Shown: positions 23,989 through 37,830 of the stretch, piece by piece | Numbering within the stretch: the first letter of the stretch is position 1 | Layout: each line of letters begins with the position of its first letter | Origin: Felis catus | Lineage: Eukaryota | DNA length: 64,000 nt | Direction of reading: 5' to 3' | Assembly (NCBI RefSeq): GCF_018350175.1 | Contig: NC_058368.1 | Coordinates: 212,352,001-212,416,000, forward strand | Translations under genes and position numbers: made by a program | The notes under the pieces: generated by a model | What the model saw: only the letters and a program-made list of their open reading frames with translations | What the model was told of the DNA's origin: nothing | The model's database searches: none

Positions 23989-24500
23989 TATTTCTTTTTT
24001 TTTCCCATTTGTTTTTGTTGGTGTTTCATTTGATAAATTTTATTCAGTGTCACATGATATTTGGCTGTTCATTGATATTTTACTGAAAGACACTAAAAGT
24101 TTCCATAGATATGGAGTGGGCTTATCAAAATGTGCTTCATTATAGAATTACCAGGCAAGAAAGAGGCTGGTCATGTTTTGCAAATACTTTTTCTTTGATT
24201 ATTAATATTAAGAGGAACTTAGGCATTTCCTTTGGAGTGGTTTGTTATTCCAAAGAGGAATTGTCTAATTTCCTGCCCTAGAAGTATAACCTAGTTTTTA
24301 ATGGTTTAAGCAAGAACCTGGGAATAGTAGTTTTTTACTTAACCTATTTTCAGTATGGAACTGCTGCCTTTATGTATGCTGGATGTCTCTGAGTCTATAC
24401 TAAAGTTTTTCAGTTTCAATCTGCTTATAAAATCAGTCTTCAGACTTCTGTGTGGAAGTAGAGACTGTCTCCTAGCTTTCCAGCTCCATATCAACCTATC

Positions 24501-24644
<144 letters not shown>

Positions 24645-24646
24645 TG

Positions 24647-24830
24647 TAAATATATATATTATATATAAAGATATAAATATATATTATATAATATATATAT
24701 GATATATATTATGTAATATGATATATATTATGATATATATTATGATATATATTATGTAATATATATCATATATATTACGTAATATATATCATATATATTA
24801 CGTAATATATATCATATATATATATATATG
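24647..24830. repeat. AT-rich compound repeat with internal inversion
   Basis: Units tgatatatatta followed by their reverse complement taatatatatca. Confidence 0.9.
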
Positions 24831-26389
24831 TTATTGATTCCTTTACCACTACTTTCCCATGTTTAGATACACATGGTGCATCCAGTTCCTGATTCTCTCT
24901 GGGGCTCCATGGTGTGACTCTGCTTCATTATTACCCCCACTCCCAGCCTACCACTTGTGGGTGGTTAGCTTCCTGCCTCATTCAGTATGTTTTCAGTGTT
25001 CATGCTTTATCTGTTTTCCAGCTTCCAAAAATCTTAATGTGGATCGTTTGCTGTGCTCTCCTCTTCTTTTTTTCTTATTCTTGTGGGTTTATATCTTTTT
25101 AAAAAATGAAATTTTTATTTTTTAGAAGAATTTTTTAGAGGAATTTTTTTTAAAGAGATGGAGGAAAGCTAAAATTATGTGTTTAATTCACTATGTTTAA
25201 CCAGAAACATTTTATTTATTCTTTTGAAAAAATGTATATTTATTTTCAAGTAACTCTACCTCTTTGGGTGTGAATTGTCCACTTTAGTTTGTTGGCTGCC
25301 TTTGTGGTCATTAACTTTCTCATATTTGCAATTTTTGTTAAATATATGTATTATTTTTTGTGGTTTTATTCTGTCCATTGCTCCCCATGGTCATCTTTCC
25401 TTTTTTCCCTTCTCTTTGCTATCCACTGTCATGAATATGTTATTTGCCAGGCTCTTCTTCCTTATTGAGATATTCGTTATGTTTACTACCATAACTGCAG
25501 TTGTCTAGGTTAGGACTGCAAGTGTCAGGACTTGATAACTACAAGAGAAAAGGGCATGGATCTTTCTTCCTCTTTTCCCCCCTCCAGTTCTGCTTCCTCT
25601 GATCTTCATCTCAAATCTTTGCTCTTCTGCTGACCTCAATGCTAATTCAGAGCATAGCTGCAAGGAACAGGGATTGCAAATGCAAAGGGTGACCTAAGAA
25701 ACTGAAAATGTATTCCACTAGGCCCAGTGCTATAGCCACATTCCTACCTGATCCACCAATCACACCTCAATCCCGAAAGTTCAAAGCCCTTAGAAAGATT
25801 TTAAGGAACTTTTGTGTAAGAGGAGTAGTCTTCCTTTTGTGGATTCAAAGGGATCTTAACATTCTTGGTCTTTCCCTTCAGGGTCTAAATAAGACAAAAG
25901 GAAAGAGGACCCAGGAAAGGTTTTTTGTATTGTTTTGTTTTGTTTTTTGTTTTTTAAACCTGATTTTGTGCTTATTAGCAGCTAAAAAAATTCTGAAAAC
26001 TAAAATTAGTGCTAAAACTGACAATTTTGTATTCCTCAGATGGCCAAAGTAGGAAGAAATTGGTCAAAAGTTACAAGTGATAGTTATAGAAGAGAAGGAG
26101 GCAGGGCTGATCAATCCTAGGATTTCTTGACAGAAACAGTATCTGCTTATAAGGAAGGCCTTCTCTTTTTTCCTTTATGTTTTCATATTCGTCCTTTCCT
26201 CAAATTCCAAATAATAAACTGATTCAGAGAGGAGATTCTAGAGCCTTTTTCTGGATCCTGGTTTTTATGTTTTTTAGGTATATAAACTTGAACAAAGTTA
26301 TAATAATTACATTAGTGTGACACTGGCACAAGCATAGACAAATAGATGAATAGAGGATATTCCAAAACAGACTCAACTTAAATGATTTG

Positions 26390-26550
26390 TGACAATTCAG
26401 TATGTAACCTCTATGTATCTCAGTTTCTTCATGTACAGAATAGGATAACTGTCCTTGTGAATGCTGTGAGGATTAAATGAAATAATACAAATGTGGTGCT
26501 CAGAATAGGGCCTGGCATCTAATAAATGCTTAATAAGTTGTAGCTATGAT
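26390..26550 (+). mobile_element. MIR SINE
   Basis: aacctctatgtatctcagtttcttcatgtacagaatagggataa..., tgtgaggattaaatga, gcctggcatctaataaatgcttaataa. Confidence 0.75.
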
Positions 26551-26574
26551 TTTTATCTTTACTTCAACAAAATT

Positions 26575-26820
26575 TTCCCTAGTCCCAGGCCTTAATCAGC
26601 TTCCTGTGGAATTTCATATCCTTCTTCTGCACCAGTTCTTCTGAGACTTAATCATACACTATTTTGCTTTGTAACCAATTATTTTGCATGTGTTAATTGT
26701 ATATTTCCAGCTACTGTAGAACTGTTTGAGGACAGAGACCACAAAGTGCATGTAGTTGCTTCTCTAGTTCTCATGGTGCTCAGCCCAGTGTTGGGAAGAA
26801 GGTGGAATTTAGTTTGTGCT
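26575..26820 (+). mobile_element. L2 LINE 3' fragment
   Basis: ctactgtagaactgtttgaggacagagacc...gtgctcagcccagtg. Confidence 0.5.
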
Positions 26821-29800
26821 CATCAGTGGACTGGGCAATCTCTCATTTTAGGGCTTAGGTGATGCTTGCAGGTGATCTGCTGTTAACTTTCAAAGGCATT
26901 AGGTAGTAGCAGTTCTGTGTTTTGCAATCCCAAATGGTATCAGAAACGTTTGCTATTTTTACCTTTTCAGTAACTAGCCCTGGGTTTTATGAGTTCTTAG
27001 GATTATACCTGGTAGAATCCACACAGAAGTAAATACACTGCAAGGAAATGTAAAAATTTGTGGTTCTTGACCTCCCTTTCACCTCCAGGGACTCTAAAGA
27101 AGACAGGAAAGAGTTTATGATTTTTCTGATTTATGAGTGAGTAAAATTTTCTCATCCATTTTGTTCTTTTGAGCCTGTTTGGTTTATGTATTTTATGTGA
27201 CACCCTAAAACTTGTAGTTCCTCTTCCATTTTCACACTGCTTTTGTACACTCTTAGAAAATCTGTTTTTTTCAGGGTCCTTTTGCTTTCCCAAGAGAGGG
27301 CTCCATGTTTGTTACCTGCAAGGTGGCATATTGCCTTTATTCCTGTTTCAGACTAGTCTCATGGTGCTTTCATTCCTGAAAGGTGGCCAAAAATTGCTGT
27401 GCTGAAATGATCATTTGTGAATACAGTAATCCTCAGGAGGCATAAATTAATATCCTGTTCTCACTGTGTTTTTTATTGACTGTTAGAGTTATTCTACTGC
27501 CAGGTCCTGACTTGGTGCCCAGTGCTAACAACTGTCTTTAAAGGCTTATGAATAGGGTCATAAACACTATTTACTTTAGTAGCAACATGTACTTTTAGCA
27601 TTTCCACCACTCCCTCTCCCTGCTGCTCACTGTCACATGCACAGGCATTTTATAATGAGTGCATGTTTATTCTGTACTTTTTCCCACTTTTTGGGTTCAC
27701 ATGTGCATAAATTCATTTGTTTAAACTTTATTTTCATAATCAAGTTCCTCTTGTATCCTGGCCTCCAATCTTCAAATAACATGAACCTTCCCAGATTATA
27801 CATTCTAAGGTTTTTTCCTTCTTTTTAACTAAGGCCAAAAATAATAAACCTTGGTTATGATGCAAGCAACCAGACAGTTAAACCATTGGTTAATGTGCAT
27901 TAGCAGAAGTTTAACTGCAGCAGGGCCCTGTCATAGACATAAGAAAACCATGGAACACTCCTTAGTTCAATACCAAACTTGATATTCACTTCCTGGGTGG
28001 CTGAGGATATTCAATCCCAATTTCACATCAAAGAAATGTCAAAATAAAGGTTACAAAGGCAACTCATTTTTGTTTTTCCCCAATTTTGCTTATGATGGAG
28101 ACTGGGTAGTTGAAAAAGAGATTATTCTTCCTGTTTCAAGATGCAAACACTATCATGTTATAATGTATATTAGATGAGAAATCTAGGAAAGAAGCAATAT
28201 GGTGCAAAGGTTGATTTGATGGTGACTGGCTTTTCACTAAAAATACATGGTAATAAGTAGTGGATATCATTCATATAATTTTCAAGTTTATCTTTAGGAC
28301 AGGGCTCGAATTCAGTTCAAGCAGATGGATGAAAATATTCACTCATTCAACATGCCAGACACTGTTAAGTGATGAAGTCAAAATAATGGCAAGGATTATA
28401 GCTGCAAGAGTCTGTCTACAAAAGACATATGGCAAAGAACTATAAAACTTGTGTTTTTTGATCTTCACGTAGGGATAAATGGCACCAACGGAAGATTGTT
28501 GATTGTGTACTTAATTTTTTTCTCAGCCTTATTTTACATATTGTTTAGCTATATGCATTTTACGTTCTGTTCCCTTAAAACTGATCACAATATTAAGTTG
28601 GGGCTAAGAATGCTTTTTATGTGTATATAATAACAAGCCTAGTTTACAGCAAAAGACAGTTCCTAGTTACTACAGGAATGAAAATTAAGCAGTGGATACT
28701 AATCTCTTTTTTTAACATGATGGCTTCTGTCTCTAACCACAGAGGGCTGGGCTCAGACCTCACTATAATAAGAGTAAGAGACTGAGTTTGGAGGGTAGTA
28801 TTAACTATAGTACATGCTGAATGATGGGCTTTTCTGGGGCCTTTGTAAATGAGAGAGGATTGATGGAGTGAAAGATATGGATTCAAATAGGAAAACCTGG
28901 GGCATTTTCTTCTGGGTCTAATACCTTTTCCACATGCCAGCATTTGCAGATCTTTCTATGTGCACAAGGTATAAGGAGTGCATAAGGAGAATCCATTTTT
29001 CATTTTGTTTTGTTACTGCTTTTTAACTACCACGGACTCTTCCCCATGAGAATTTGGTGTCCCTGAAATAAATTTTACTTCATCAAAATTGAACCCTCTC
29101 TTCAGAACGTCTCTGATGGCTCTTCTTCCTTTGAATACTCAGTGGCAAGAAGCCCTTAAAATTGCTTTGCCAATATTTTCTGCATTCTGGAACTACTCGA
29201 GTGAACATAACACTTCATTTTTTTCCCCCAGAAATCTCATTAAAATCCGTACTTGAAATTCGGATACAGTTTAATAAAGTTTCTGAATTCAGTATGAAAC
29301 TAATAGTCCATTAAGAATAAGGAATGATCGATGGATGTGTTTTCATTGACCTTTGTTGGTGACTTTAAAACACCCTTTAGCACATTTGAAATCACCAGGC
29401 ATGACCGTCCAGTGCTCCGCCTAACCTAGCCTCTCATTTCTTCTCTTATTAAATCTCTTAAAATGTCGAGTGGAAGAGATTGTGTCAGTCTCCTTTACTA
29501 TTCTATTCTAGCATCTTACAATTCATGCAATACTAAAAAGAGAGCAGCACTCTTATGAATGTAAATGTATGTTTTGATATTTGCTCAGGTTGAAGCTTTT
29601 TCATATTCTGTTGACTGTCTTATTCATGTGCTAGTTGTTAATCATGATGCAGATAGTTGACACCATACATGGTATCATTGTACACAACAGAAGTTGTGCC
29701 CAAAGAAGTTATGCCACAAATCACATAGCAATGATTTGAATCTTTTTGAGTGCAAGGACCATTTTTTGAATTCCCCGCTGGACACATGCATACACACATA

Positions 29801-31730
29801 CACTTTTACTCTTTGTTATTTAAAAAAAATCCACAGTGGAAAACAGTTATTATGACTGTAGTAAAGCTCTTTAGCAACTATTTTATTATTTTATTAAATA
29901 CAATAGCATCTTCATACATCTCTGGCAAGTAGTTATGCATATGTGAGAGACATTGTTTTCTGTCTAGAAAATGAAGAAATGTGTTCTGTTTATCATTCTA
30001 AGTCACTCACAATATTGGTGGTTTTTTTCCCATAAAAATCCTTCATTTGTTATGCATATTTTTGGGTCTAATTAAAGATAAAAATAACAAAGATTGGTAC
30101 ACATTTATTTAGTTAGTTAGTTAGTTAGTTAGTTCTTCTTGTCTGTAGGCTACAAGAAGGGCCTGTGAGAACAAAATAATCACCCAAGATGATAAAGCAT
30201 AATAAATTTGGATGCTTCATACTGGTTCTGAGCCTCAAACCATGCTGCTTATGATTAAATCAGAAAATGTTTGTAAATAACAGAAAAAAATTTTTCCTCT
30301 CTGCAAACATCTTTAGGGTGTACCAAAATTTTCTGGTTCATGGGTCTTATATAACTTGAAAGAAAAAAAAATAATCCTTAGCATATATCACTTCATGGAG
30401 GAAATGCTTAAAGTATAACAATCCACTAATAAAAAAGTATTTATGAGTGTCTACCATGTGGCTGGCAAGAAATCATTGGTTTCTTTCATGCATTTACCAC
30501 ATGTTATCTATTGGCTTTTGGTGAGTAATGAATATCAATTTCTATGGATGTAGAAAAGAATTTTATATTACTGAGATGCATTTAGACTTAGAAAGTTGAC
30601 CCAGGTTCTATAGAAATAGATTTCTCTTTGACAGGTATTTTTCTTTGGCTAGCCATAAAAGCACTGTTGGTTTCAATCATTTTTATATTTATAAAGGACA
30701 ACCTGATTTGTATCTTTTGGCGGCCAGTGAGTATTCTTCTGCCTATATGAAGAACCGATCAAATAGTTATGCACTGTCTCTGTTAGATTATGGGGAGTAA
30801 GAATGTGGGGTTAGAGCATTGGAAACAGATATGCTAAAGGTACCAAAAGATTGCTTGTCTTGATGCAGCACTGATAGAGGGAGAGAATTTCCCCTTCAGA
30901 CCTTAGGAGGCTTGATTGTTTCTGCATACAGAGATGGATACATGGAAATTCACTTGGAAACAGAATATACTAAGCTAGGTTGCTCAATAGAATATCTACT
31001 TTGGGCTACTGATATTTCTGGTTATCATAAAAGTCAAACTGGGGTATATACACACTGTTTAAATAAAATACAAGTCTTTAAAAGACAGCTTCCCTTGCTG
31101 TGGAAACTTTCCACGTACTGCTGATGTTAGCAGTATTTTGTTGGGAAAGATTGATATCACAACTCTCTAGTATGAACTTTAAAATAAAATATGTCTAAAA
31201 TAGTTTCATTAATTATAAATCACAGGCCTTTCTTGGGCTTTTACCGTGTTCAAGGCATTGAAGTTGACAGCCAATATACAATTATCTGTGGTGTGATAAA
31301 ATGTGAAGTTTAATTAATGAGCTGTTTTCATCTTCCTAGTGTAGTGGTCAGTTGTACCCCATTTGGCAGTTATAGCTTGGTTATTTATTACTTTAGTGTT
31401 ATAAACAGCACATGCCAAATTTGTAGCTTCTAACTTAAAAAGGTCCCATATGGAGCAAGAATGAGACTATTTGAGCAGGAGATGCCAACAGAATAAACTG
31501 GATTCTCAGCCTATTTCCAGACTGGATAAAAGACCTATTGAATTGGCAGAGGTGAAGGAGCATTTGGACAGGAAGAGGAAAATTAGACATAGCACGGTAG
31601 CCTTGTGCTCTGCTCTCCGCGTCCCAGTGGGAGTGAGGCTTTTAACATTTCCCTTGAGATTTTCAGGCATTCAAGAACAAAGGAAACGTGTGTTTTCCTT
31701 TTCCCTTCTGAAACTTTGGAGGTGGCAGTC

Positions 31731-31768
31731 TCACTGATGTATCTTGTGCTTTCTTTGTACAGGTGAGT
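31731..31768 (+). other. Strong 3' splice site immediately followed by a 5' splice site (recursive-splice-like or exon start)
   Basis: cactgAt branch motif (A at 31737), AG-free pyrimidine-rich tract, CAG at 31760-31762, then GTGAGT at 31763-31768. Confidence 0.5.
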
Positions 31769-34380
31769 CGGACAGAGATGGTGATATGTGCCGAATGACA
31801 GCTGTAGTATGGTAGATATTACAGAAGTTAGGAAGAAAGTTACCTCGGCCTGGGCTTGGTGAGGAAAGTGTTTTACTGCCTTACCAAGTTCAGCATGGGG
31901 AACACACTATTATGTTGGCTGGTTAAAATTAATAAAAGCTTAATTATTCCAAGAATATGAACAGTAATAATCTTGGCTTCTACCTTTTTTGCCAACATAG
32001 ATAGTAAAATATCTATTTCTTATTAATTGGAGAATAGATAGAACAAACTTTTTTCTTCACCCTTTGGGTACTTTTTATTTCTTCAGTTATTAAACTGCTC
32101 CAGACCTGATGGTTAATAATTTTCTTTTTTCTACCTCCCCCCAAAATCCTGAGGTAGCAGGAGTCTTGATCAAGTTCTATCTATATAATACACAGTATAG
32201 AGAAGAGCAACAATAGCCTCTAACAGAACAAATTCTAGTCATACATCTTGGAAATAAACCTAGATCCTAATAATCACTTAGATCATAGGGCATGCATATC
32301 CCTTGCAGAGTTTTTCCTCCCATAAGTCACATTTTTTCCAGATGTTCTTCAGTCTCAAAAAACACAGAATATTCATAGAAAAGGTACCATTACCATAAAC
32401 TTTCCCTGCCCCAGAAAATCTCCAGGTAAGAGCCTCCTTATATTCAATTTCCATTCTGACAGTAAAGTAATAACTTGAATTACAGCAAGCCAATACAACT
32501 CCTTCCTTACTTTTTATCCCATGCAGTTTGACTTTACAGGGACTCAGAAAAACAGTAAAATATTACCATAACCATGAATTGTACCGTGTGAACTGGAAAT
32601 AATGACTATGATGTTTATAAAAGCCCTTGAGAGATGTTGCTTAGATTTAGTTACAGATCTTTTATATTGGACTTAAGTCCTTCAGAAACTTATCAGTTAT
32701 TTAGTGGATTTGCAGGATAATACAGAGTTGCATAATGTAAAATCTGAGTATAGAATTTACATTATAAAACTATTTATAATTACATCTGGCTCTTTTGTCT
32801 TTTCTATAAGAAATTGCATTTTCTAACAATTCTATTCCTGGCAAAGTTACAGGTGGAGGTGTGACCTTTAACCCTAAGTAAGCAATTATATAACTAGTTA
32901 ATAATAATCACTTTACCATCTGCAGTCCACACTAAATTAAAAGACACCTGATCCTCAATTTTGGCATGTGGCTCCAATGTCTGCCTTTCTTTTCCTAGTT
33001 CAGTAATGAATGATCATTTCTATCTTGGTGATTCTGACTGTCAGTTTGATGGATGGAAAAATAGAACACTAAGTACAGCCCCATTTATTCTGAACTGATT
33101 AGTTCCACCCAGCTTTGTTCCCATCCTACAGAGCTCAGTTCTAAGATAATCCAGGCTTTCATGTTTCTTCATCCCATTTTGGTCCAGTAAATAGATAGAC
33201 CATTTGTATTAATTTTCCATTGTGAGGTTTTCTAGTCTTGAGTGAAATTCCATTGGGTTCTGGAGGGAAAGGGGGACAATGGAAGGCCAAAAAGCTTTTT
33301 GTGGACATGGATTGCTTTCCCTGTCTCCATGGAGAGACAAAGCTATCCCTTGATGGGTGTTAAAATAATGTAAAAGTTCCACCCAGACCTGGATATGAGG
33401 AAAGCATTTGCTTTTTGTTCCACCATGTAGCAGGCTTTTAGCAGAATAGAAAAAAAATCAATCACATTTACTGACAGTCTAAACACCTTTTTAATGTATT
33501 GCTCATTGCTGGTGCTGAACAGGGAGGGAAGCAGAATGGAGATGTTGGCAATCATAAGGGCTTTTCTTTTTCTTTTTTTTTTTCAATTCCACAGATGTTT
33601 TGGCCTGAGTGTCTCCACTTTAAGGCTTTTAAAAAATACCCTCTGTCATCTTGTTATAATAGTTATACATGAAGTATTTGAATTCCACCTTCCTCCCCCC
33701 CCCCCCACCCCAGTCTTCTAAATGCCTGGTTTACTTTCCTCTTCATATTCTGTTTTTTTAATTTAATTCTTCCCAATTCTCCGTATGATCCCATATCTTT
33801 CTATACCAAGGCAACTCCTTTTCTGGATTTAAATGATTTGAACTTGTCAATGTTGCAATCATCCCTTGGGTATTTAGCCTGTGTATGTACCTTGTGAAGT
33901 ATCCTATACTCTTCAGGATAAAGAAAAGGGTGGATGGAGGTCATGGAATCTGTGACTTGCTGTTTCTGGCAGCTCAGCCTCATGAACTATATTCATGAGA
34001 ATTTAAGAACCTGCTTTCTGGAGGTCACCTGGCTGCCTAACTACATTACTGTGGAAGATTCTTATTGGAAATGAGCTGTTAGTCCAAAAACATTCTTAAT
34101 TAATAATGCTGAGTGACTCTGCAGCCAGCCAAGATACAATTATGGAAACATTTGTAAAGATTGTGTGACCTGCAAAAGAAGCTTCATAAATATTTTTAAA
34201 AAACTCACAGGGCTTGGATTCATTTGTAGTTCATAAGCATGATGATTGGATGTTCATGCTGTTTTGTGACATGTGTCTCGCTCAAACCTTGCTACAACCT
34301 TGGCACATTATCTGTCTATCATGAAGAAGAAAAAGAAGAAAAAAAGAAAAGAAAACTTAGGAGGCTTGGGGTGCATTAAT

Positions 34381-34720
34381 TTATATATATATATATACAT
34401 ATATATATATACACACTCTAATTTATCAATCATATATATGTATATAGTATACATATGGTATATACTCTATATGTGTGTGTACTATATATGCTATCAATAT
34501 ATGTTGTCTATTATATATAGTATGTACTATATATGTCTATATATACTGTATATGTGTAAATAAATACATCACCCTAAATATACTATATATTTACACAACA
34601 CACATAGTATTTACTATCTATAGTATCAATATATAGTATATATTACATGTATATCTATATATCTATATATCTGTATCTATCCATCTGTCTATCTATCTAT
34701 CTATCTGTCATCTATCTATT
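34381..34720. repeat. Degenerate (TA)n low-complexity tract ending in (TCTA)n
   Basis: Direct reading. Confidence 0.85.
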
Positions 34721-35899
34721 ATAATTTCCTTCTCCTAGGTATCTCTAGGGGGATGACTATTTCTTTCCAGGTCAGCCTTGAATATAAGGGTAGTAGATGG
34801 TCACCAATGGGGTGATTAACTTGTGTGACCTTATAAACATTTCCCTCAGACCCACCATGGAACCTCAAATTCTGTCAGTTGGGTTTTATTCTTTTAAGTT
34901 CTGAAGACTTTCGACAATATTCTTTAAATACCAATTAAAATTTAAATGTTCCTGTGAACACTTAGCAGCTATAACCTGCTTGAAAAGATAAGGGAAAGGG
35001 AAAAGGGGTGTCAGATGACAATTAGATAATAGCAAAATTCTGGCAAAAAGTTCAGCTAGATACCTGGATTTAGTACTGGGACATCTGAGGGTAGATGGGG
35101 CTCACAGACAAAAAAGGTGGAAAGAAAGTGTTAGAAGTTCACCTATTTAGTTTTGCGGAAGTCTGGCTCAGCCCCACTTTTGTGTGTAATAGGTATTCAC
35201 CCTGTCAGACAAGTGTTTGGATGGTCTCTGAAGGGAGGTAGAGTAATAACTTTTCTCTCCAAGTTAACAGCCAGAACTTTCGCACATCCAAATAAACAAT
35301 CTTCCATGCCAAACATCATATTAGTTTATAGGTAGATGTCAGTGGTAGAGCTAAAACATTACTTTAAAAGATTTCCTGTTGTAAGGGTCTGATAGAGGAT
35401 CTGGAGGACAGTTTTGCTGGGCTGGGCCAACAAATGCTCTTCAATGTTTTCCCCAATGGCTCTGTTGAGTTTTAATTCTTCACATACAAGCAATTTAATG
35501 TGTTTCCTTGAAAGTAAAATGGCTGGGATAGAACAAGGCTCAAGAAAGTAAAAATTTTCCCTTACCTATTGGGTTTGATGGTGATGGGGTAGGTGACAAA
35601 ATCTTTAAGTACTACTCTAAGTCTGCCTCATTTTCAGCCTTTTATGATGACCTAGTTTCTTTTGTTAGCAAAATTTGACAATTATACTTTTCCCTCAACA
35701 TTATTAATGAATACTAGGCTAATAACTTTCTCTTGGTCAGTCTTATCCTGCACTTGCTTTCCAGTAATCTATGTTATCCCTGTGGCTTCCAGGTTCCAGA
35801 CTTAGTATCTCCTACCCTGTCCCTCCCCAGCCTTTTAAAAAAATTCCTATTGGCATAACATATTGACCAGACCAAAGGGATAGGAGTCAAAAAATAATG

Positions 35900-36115
35900 A
35901 AGATAATAATAAGTACCTATTATGTAGTCAGGTATTGTGTAGAGTTATTTACACACTTTATTTCATTTAATTCTCAAAACATGGTTGTAAGATAGATATT
36001 ATTGTAACCATTTTTATATATGTGTAAATTTTAGCTAAGATGGATTAAATAACTCTTAACCTTACACAGTGAAAAGCTGAGGTTTAAACCTAGGAATTGC
36101 TCGAGTCTAAAGTCA
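35900..36115 (-). mobile_element. MIR SINE
   Basis: ataataataagtacctattatgtagtcaggtattgtg...tttcatttaattctca...gctgaggtttaaacctagg. Confidence 0.65.
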
Positions 36116-37269
36116 GTTTTGGGTTATAATCTCAGCTCCACCCATTGGCTACCTATTGTTAATGTCTAACATTTCCATTTTCTCATGTGTAAGCATATAT
36201 GGGAATACACACAGTTTTCATGTGCCTAATACTGAAACATTTTCATGGGGTTTATAATAAAAATGCATGAAACAAGGCAGCTAAAATAATTTAAAATATT
36301 ATAGAGCAGTAGTTTTCAAATGATGACCATTGGGATCTAGGGTCACCTGTGGGTAGAGGGTTTTTGAAGGAGGCTTAGTTGGAAGGGCTCTAAGCTCTGT
36401 TCTTAATAGCTGTACTTTTATCTGTTTTATGTATCAAAATTCCAAGTAATATTTTCAAACCAAAAATTCCATCGCTTTAAAAACAAAAAAGTTTCTATGT
36501 CCTGATTTGTTATAATGTTGGAGAGATTTATGTTAGGAATTTGGGACGTCAAAGTTAGAGCCACAAGGTTGACTGAACTTTCTGGCAACTTCTGAGGAAA
36601 AAGAACCATGTTTGTTTATAGAGTCCCCATTATCTTATTTAGAAAAGAAAAAAAGGAAAAAAAAAAAAAAAAGGAAAGGAGGAAGGGAGGGAGGGCAGAA
36701 CAGACAAACCAGTATGGCAAGGCAAACTTTCTTGTCATTAATTGCAGAAGGAATTTATAATTTTGTTTCTTATATGATGGGTATGATGGACAGTGATAGT
36801 TTCAATCATGATTTTGCACAAGATGTTCTTGTGATGGGTTTTTCTTTTAACAATTTTGATGAAACCTAAAAACATAATGTTAACTGAAGAGCATTCTTTG
36901 GGGAGGGCAATAAGATAAGATGTATAAAATGGGCATACTAACCTGCCTACCCTGCCTTATCAGGTTGTTGCTGAAGCTCAGAGAGCTAACTTGTGTTGAA
37001 AATGTTTGGAAACCTGTCAGAATTACCTGACTTTTAGATAGTTACATTATTCATTAAATCATAAGTATTATTGAGCTCCTACTCTGTGCCTGGTATTGTT
37101 CTAGGTTCTAGGGATGATCATCTAGGGTTGATCAATGCCAATCCCTGTAGGTTAGATTTTAGTTGTTTACCCACATGTTTTGCAAATTATATATTTCGTT
37201 ACCTCACTACTTTGAAAGATAAGTTGGTTACACAAATAAATTGAGTGGGGCTGCTATCAGAACATGCAA

Positions 37270-37830
37270 TCCTTGAGTCTTTAAGTTGGAAGGGTTTATG
37301 GAAGTTAGTTATTTGGCTCATCCTGCCAATATAAGAATCTCTCTTACATAATTCCTGAGGAAGGGTATCAGAAACTCTTCAGGTATTTCTAATTCGCAGG
37401 TAGTCCAGTCTATTACTAGACAAATTTAGATTTTAGAAGATTTCATCTTTGTGTTGAATAGCCTGGAAGATTGGAGAACAGTGGAAGAGATGGATGTCAG
37501 AAAATCCTCTATGTTCTTATGTTGATCACTTTGCCTTTTTAACTTCTGCTCATTGACACTAGTTCTACTGTGAGAACCATGAGGGGAAGAAACTTGCCAC
37601 TTTTTTCTTGATAGCCCTTGAATTTAAAGATGTCTATGATGTCTTTTCTGAAATTTTTTCTTTTATAGGCTAAACATTTCCAGTTCTTACATTTTTCATT
37701 TAAGATAATTTCCAGACATCATCTTGGTTGCCTTTGTCTGGATACATTATTTTGACAATGTCCCTTTTAAAATACAACATGCAGAAGTAAGTATAGTGTC
37801 CTACATCTGGCCTGCCTAATATATTAGACT
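37270..37830 (-). mobile_element. L3/CR1 LINE relic
   Basis: agttggaagggttt..., ggctaaacatttccagttctt, gtccctttt aaaat..., reverse of the CR1 3' region. Confidence 0.45.

Noticed and set aside
27009..27037. Possible 29-nt - strand micro-exon (ttccttgcag|...cag|gtataa)
   Set aside because: Only moderate splice signals, no recognisable peptide and no partner exons on that strand.
28365..28470. gtgatga as a snoRNA box C
   Set aside because: No box D (CTGA) with a terminal stem at a suitable distance.
30620..30640. tttctctttgacag|gtattt acceptor-donor junction
   Set aside because: Short pyrimidine tract with AGs just upstream and a weak donor; expected by chance.
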